Shown here: positions 59,062-64,000 of the stretch, in pieces | Layout of the letters: every line of letters begins with the position of its first letter | Position numbering within the stretch: the stretch's first letter is position 1 | From: Macrostomum hystrix | Lineage: Eukaryota > Animalia > Platyhelminthes | NCBI GenBank assembly: GCA_950097015.1 | Contig: CATNEN010000001.1 | Location: 24,862,001-24,926,000, forward strand | Length of the DNA: 64,000 bases | Direction of reading: 5' to 3' | Position numbers and translations under genes: made by a program | Notes under the pieces: model-generated | Databases searched by the model: none | Seen by the model: only the letters and a program-made list of their open reading frames with translations | Told to the model about the DNA's origin: nothing

Positions 59062-62000
59062 TCACTTTGGCACCAGCAGGCTGCGGGTCATGTCGAAACT
59101 GTTGCCATCCGGATGCAGCGACAGGCAGCGGCCGGATTTCAGATCCCTGACGCGCAGGAAGCCGGCCTCGTCGATGCCGACAATCCGGCAGGCGACGGTG
59201 ACGCAATCGGTGGATGAGGCACCCGAGAGCCGGGCATCAACGATTTGGTCGCTGAAATATTTGAAAACAAATCTATATTTTAGCTTCATACTACTACCGT
59301 GCTAGTATAAGTAGCAAATTGAAGGGTAAGGACGAAAAATCTAAAAAAGTAGATCCTAAATGGCACATAAGGTTAATCCTCACCTGTGCATCCAATTATC
59401 AATATAGAGCTTTCGAAATGCTTCAAAGCTGAAGTCTGACACAAGGGATTCCAACTCCGAGACCACACGGGCGATGACCACCTCGCGGGTGAGTGTGGGA
59501 GGCGGCGGATGGCCGGACTGGTCGAAGGCGGCAGCCACACAGGTGCCAGGACTTCTGTTAGTGACATTTATGCCGATACCTGTTACAGATGGGTGGCAGC
59601 ATCCTTTGTGAGATCAATGTGACTTCTTGACCTTCTGACACCCTGACCTTCTGACACCTGACCTTCTGACACCCTGACCTTCTGACACTCTGACCTACTG
59701 ACACACCCTGACCTACTAAAACACCCTGACCTACTGACACACCCTGACCTACTGACACACCCTGACCTACTAAAACACCCTGACCTACTGACACACCCTG
59801 ACCTACAGACACTCTGACTTTCTGACACTCTGACCTACTGACACCCTGACCTACTGACACCCTGACCTACTGACACTCTGACCTACTGACACTCTGACCT
59901 TCTGACACTCTGACCTTCTTGACACCCTGACCTATTGACACCCTGACCTATTGACACCCTGACCTATTGACACCCTGACCTATTGACACCCACTGACCTA
60001 AAACTTACCAATAGCAGCGGAGAAGTAGTTTCCGGAGCTCGAGGCCTTGACTAGGATGCCAGCCACTTTGCCCCGTCCAGGTATATGAATGTCGTTCGGC
60101 CATTTAATCTTTACGTCTAAGTCCTACGAGATGTTGGAGGACAAAACAATCACATAAGTTCAGCGCTTAGGAAGACAACTCGGACTTGGGATATTGGGAT
60201 ATTAGGATATTAGGATATTAGGATATTAAGATATAAGGATATTGGGATATTTAGATATTGGGATATTAGGATATTGGGATATTAGGATATTGGGATATTA
60301 GGATATTGGGATATTAGGATATTGGGATATTAGGATATTGGGATATTAGGATATTGGGATATTAGGATATTGGGATATTGGGATATTGGTATTCGGGATA
60401 TTAGGATATTGGGATATAAGGATATTAAGATATAAGGATATTGGGATATTTAGATATTGGGATATTAGGATATTGGGATATTAGGATATTGGGATATTAG
60501 GATATTGGGATATTAGGATATTGGGATATTAGGATATTGGGATATTAGGATATTGGGATATTAGGATATTGGGATATTAGGATATTGGGATATTAGGATA
60601 TTGGGATATTAGGATATTGGGATATTAGGATATTGGGATATTAGGATATTGGGATATTGGGATATTGGTATTCGGGATATTAGGATATTGGGATATTGGG
60701 ATATTAGGATATTAGGATATTGGGATATTAGGAAATTGGGATATTGGGATATTAGGATATTAGGATATTGGGATATTTGGATATTGGGATATTAGGATAT
60801 TGGGATATTAGGATATTAGGATATTGGGATATTTGGATATTGGGATATTAGGATATTGGGATATTAGGATATTGGGATATTGGGATATTGGTATTCGGTA
60901 TATTAGGATATTGGGATATTGGGATATTAGGATATTGGGGTATTAGGATATTGGGATATTGGTATTCGGGATATTAGGATATTGGGATATTGGGATATTT
61001 GGATATTTGGATATTAGGATATTGGGATATTGGTATTCGGTATATTAGGATATTGGGATATTGGGATATTAGGATATTGGAATATTGGTATTCGGGATAT
61101 TAGGATATTGGGATATTTGGATATTGGGATATTAGGATATTGGGATATTAGGATATTGGGATATTAGGATATTGGGATATTAGGATATTGGGATATTGGG
61201 ATATTGCGACATTGGGATATTAGGGTTTTGGGATATTAGGGTTTTCGATATCGGGACTTACCCCGCATCCGGGCACGGAGCGCAGAGCCTTCAGCACAGC
61301 CAGGGCAGCCACATGCTGCAGCAGGGAAGGCTTGGAGGCCAGCGGGCAGCTGGTTGGCAGGCTGATGTGCACTGACAGCTGGGCTGAGCCTGGAGGGGCT
61401 AGCCACACATTCTGGTCTCGACCGCGGCCCTTCAGCTGCACGCCAGAGACAATGAGCAAGCCGGAGTCAGGTGGCAGACGGGACAGAAGCCTGCGGCGAT
61501 GAGTCACGGGAGAAGTTGCTTGGTGTGCATCAGACTTGTTCACCCAATTTTGTATTCAGAGTTACTAGTTTTCGAGCGTCAATACATTAGTGTCAATGGG
61601 TCAGGGAGTGTCAGTAGGCCAGAGTGTCAGTAGGTCAGGAAGTGTCAGTGGGTCAGGAAGTGTCAGTAGGTCAGGAAGTGTCAGTAGGTCAGGAAGTGTC
61701 AGTGGGTCAGGAAGTGTCAGTAGGTCAGGAAGTGTCAGTGGGTCAGGAAGTGTCAGTAGGTCATGAAGTGTCAGTGGGTCAGGGAGTGTCAGTAGGCCAG
61801 AGTGTCAGTAGGTCAGGAAGTGTCAGTGGGTCAGGGAGTGTCAGTAGGCCAGAGTGTCAGTAGGTCAGGAAGTGTCAGTGGGTCAGGAAGTGTCAGTAGG
61901 TCAGGAAGTGTCAGTAGGTCAGGAAGTGTCAGTGGGTCAGGAAGTGTCAGTAGATCAGGAAGTGTCAGTGGGTCAGGGAGTGTAAGTAGGCCAGAGTGTC

Positions 62001-62851
62001 AGTAGGTCAGGAAGTGTCAGTGGGTCAGGAAGTGTCAGTAGGTCAGGAAGTGTCAGTAGGTCAGGAAGTGTCAGTAGGCCAGAGTGTCAGTAGGTCAGGA
62101 AGTATCAGTGGGTCAGGAAGTGTCAGTGGGTCAGGAAGTGTCAGTGGGTCAGGAAGTGTCAGTAGGTCAGGAAGTGTCAGTAGGTCAGGAAGTGTCAGTA
62201 GGTCAGGAAGTGTCAGTAGGTCAGGAAGTGTCAGTAGGTCAGGAAGTGTCAGTAGGTCAGGAAGTGTCAGTAGTTCAGCTTGAGTCGAGTAATAAAGCAG
62301 TCAGGTGTTCCCCACTCACCCAGTGATCACATCCCAGGAAGACTCCATCACAGGCGAGTACATCAGGCTGCCTCCGAGCACCTTGGCCTCCCTGTACTGG
62401 CTGAATTGTCGCAGATCAAAGTCGTCACCGACTCGGAACTCCGCCGGTAGTGACGCGTAGTCCAGTGACACCAGCGGGATCGTCAGGCCACCGTCTGCGC
62501 TGGTGGCAACGGAGGCGGCTTCTTGAGGTGGCGGGCGAACCAGAAGGTGTCGATTGGGCTGGTAGGCGATCAACTCGGAGTTGGCGCTGCCAGACACGGG
62601 CAGAATTGAGTCCAGCGGCTGACAGAGAAATCCAAGTGAAGAAGGATGGCTGGGTCAATTAATGGGTCACTAATTGCTGGGTAAAGAATCGGGTAACATT
62701 TCACTCTCACCTGGCCATCCAGTGATACAAAGTACACCGGCTGCAGCTTAGGCAACTGGCAGCTGCCAGGCTCAATGGTGCGAACACCCGCCAACTTCAG
62801 GACGGACGACAGGGCCGACGATGAGCTGCCAGGACTGGCGTCAGAGCAGGG
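59062..62851 (-). CDS. HLCS: Holocarboxylase synthetase / biotin-protein ligase, 3' part; exons 62711-62851, 62320-62618, 61262-61490, 60009-60123, 59384-59579, 59062-59251 (upstream exons unresolved or off-window)
   Basis: QLKGRGRDQNVWLAPPG, KIKWPNDI...KVAGILV, GIGINVTN, NWMHSDQIV and GIDEAGFLRV...LHPDGNSFDM motifs; splice phases consistent. Confidence 0.92.
59625..60000. repeat. 16-18-bp minisatellite (CCTGACCTACTGACAC) filling an HLCS intron
   Basis: Tandem copies; reverse complement of the 61590-62280 unit. Confidence 0.93.
60187..61250. repeat. 9-bp minisatellite (GGATATTRG) filling an HLCS intron
   Basis: More than 100 tandem copies. Confidence 0.96.
61590..62280. repeat. 18-bp minisatellite (GTGTCAGTAGGTCAGGAA) filling an HLCS intron
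   Basis: About 38 tandem copies. Confidence 0.95.
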
Positions 62852-62859
62852 CTGAATGA

Positions 62860-63450
62860 GGAGATAGAGCACAGTTCAGGTAGGAGATAGAACACAGTTC
62901 AGGTAGGAGATAGAACACAGTTCAGGTAGGAGATAGAACACAGTTCAGGTAGGAGATAGAACACAGTTCAGGGAGGAGATAGAACACAGTTCAGGGAGGA
63001 GATAGAACACAGTTCAGGGAGGAGATAGAACACAGTTCAGGTAGGAGATAGAACACAGTTCAGGGAGGAGATAGAACACAGTTCAGGTAGGAGATAGAAC
63101 ACAGTTCAGGGAGGAGATAGAACACAGTTCAGGTAGGAGATAGAACACAGTTCAGGGAGGAGATAGAACACAGTTCAGGTAGGAGATAGAACACAGTTCA
63201 GGGAGCAGATAGAACACAGTTCAGGGAGCAGATAGAACACAGTTCAGGGAGGAGATAGAACACAGTTCAGGGAGGAGATAGAACACAGTTCAGGGAGGAG
63301 ATAGAACACAGTTCAGGGAGGAGATAGAACACAGTTCAGGGAGGAGATAGAACACAGTTCAGGGAGGAGATAGAACACAGTTCAGGGAGGAGATAGAACA
63401 CAGTTCAGGGAGGAGATAGAACACAGTTCAGGGAGGAGATAGAACACAGT
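62860..63450. repeat. 23-bp minisatellite (GATAGAACACAGTTCAGGKAGGA) abutting an HLCS splice acceptor
   Basis: About 25 tandem copies ending within the polypyrimidine tract. Confidence 0.95.
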
Positions 63451-64000
63451 TTAACCAGGGACTCAAAAGTAAATTACAAACCAAAGTCAGAGGTAGCTGA
63501 CTGCTTAGGTGAGCCAACTGATATCTCTAATTTCTTCCCGGATCGATTGTATGTTTGTCCTCTGCTACTAGAGGCAGAACAGGGGTAAGAGAAAATTGGT
63601 TGAGCATGTGCTGAGCTGAGCAGCTGAACTCCACAGAGACTAGCCATTCAAATGCTCAGCGATTAATATTTCTAGCCAGCCAGGTGCCCCACTGCTCTAC
63701 TGAACTCAGTCCGCATAGATACAAGCTCACCTGGGATGGAGCGCCATCCCCTCCTACTGCTCAATAGCTAATGAAATCTGAGTCGAAAAAAGATGGGGAC
63801 AAGCAGACTGTCATTTTTTAGCTTAACTCAACTCCAAGCTAATAATCCCAGATAGGAAGCAGAAAGTAATGCAATGAATGCTTTAAAATAAAGTTTTTCA
63901 GACATGTATGGACAACTGCATGCTAGAATTATTACAGAAACTTGTGTGTCGACATAGGCATAGAGTGTGTTTAAATAGGGTTTCAGTGTAACGAAAATGG

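Noticed and set aside
63731-63777. Candidate further HLCS exon (donor GTGAGC at 63730)
   Set aside because: The frame required by the next exon contains TGA with the best acceptor, so it could not be placed confidently.

Overview
Eukaryotic (metazoan) genomic DNA with GT-AG introns, many minisatellites and decayed transposons. The style suggests a flatworm such as Macrostomum, but this is inference only. Host genes: (i) three paralogs of an intronless, signal-peptide-bearing EGFR-type ectodomain protein (L1-furin-L2-partial furin, no TM or kinase): the start of one at 1-67 (-), a pseudogene at 3541-5000 and an intact copy at 13261-15006; (ii) a 7-exon ankyrin-repeat/STE11-like kinase lying tail-to-tail with the intact copy; (iii) 6-exon HIRA; (iv) a head-to-head pair of DUF229 genes sharing a near-identical 1.6-kb tract; (v) the 3' part of holocarboxylase synthetase (HLCS). 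Mobile DNA: a truncated Ngaro/DIRS element with split direct repeats, a Polinton-type PolB relic, a full-length but dead hAT (10-bp TIR, 8-bp TSD) carrying a hammerhead-ribozyme-like insert, a BEL/Pao 3' remnant, tRNA-derived SINEs, and a solo LTR triplicated inside a G-rich minisatellite. The most intriguing signal is the secreted EGFR-ectodomain family: paralogs alternate identical DNA blocks with almost purely non-synonymous variable blocks on the L-domain strands and show mosaic ancestry, as expected of a diversifying soluble recognition or decoy system.
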